Assembly: GCF_018350175.1 (NCBI RefSeq)
Contig: NC_058368.1
Location: forward strand, 20,462,001-20,526,000
DNA: 64,000 nt
Direction of reading: 5' to 3'
Source: Felis catus
Lineage: Eukaryota
Shown here: one piece after another, positions 63,860 to 64,000 of the stretch
How positions within the stretch are numbered: the first letter of the stretch is position 1
How the letters are laid out: each line of letters opens with the position of its first letter
Notes under the pieces: generated by a model
The model's input: the letters and a program-made list of their open reading frames with translations, nothing else
Told to the model about the DNA's origin: nothing
Databases searched by the model: none
Program-made: the position numbers and the translations under genes

Positions 63860-64000
63860 GACCCTGGAGCCAGGGCGGGGGGCAGGTCTGAATCCTGCTT
63901 CAGGATTCAACGTTCCCGGCTGTGTGAGTTTGGGAAAGTTGCTTAACATCTCCGTGCCTCAGTGTCCCTTGTGTAAAACGGGGATAATTAGAGGACCTGC
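63860..64000 (+). mobile_element. MIR SINE
   Basis: ctggagccag..tgaatcctgct..gctgtgtgagtttgggaaagttgcttaacatctccgtgcctcag..gtaaaacggggataat. Confidence 0.75.

Overview
Mammalian (felid, judged from the abundant SINEC_Fc-type CAN-SINEs and carnivore L1s) genomic DNA. The window holds most of a plus-strand GUCY1B2 gene (soluble guanylate cyclase beta-2). Fourteen GT-AG coding exons run from 12588 to the TAA at 62175-62177, all phase-compatible and stop-free. They total 2152 nt and encode H-NOX, PAS, coiled-coil and cyclase domains plus a C-terminal CaaX box (CALL). The first ~25 codons are not in the window. The rest is intronic repeat landscape: L1, ~19 CAN-SINEs, MLT1, MER82, Charlie1, MER58A, MER20, MIR/L2 and microsatellites. 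Three observations stand out. (1) Two independently inserted, inverted L1s, each with its own TSD and a different 3' UTR, share a ~1.15-kb tract with only about 6 differences and identical inactivating lesions, i.e. ectopic gene conversion and a potential kilobase dsRNA hairpin. (2) A 246-nt decayed or poison exon candidate lies in the last intron. (3) A 358-bp purine-only (GAA)n tract lies on the sense strand of the last intron. Repeat family names come from recalled consensus sequences, repeat edges are approximate, and exon numbers are by homology. No prokaryote-type novel system is evident.
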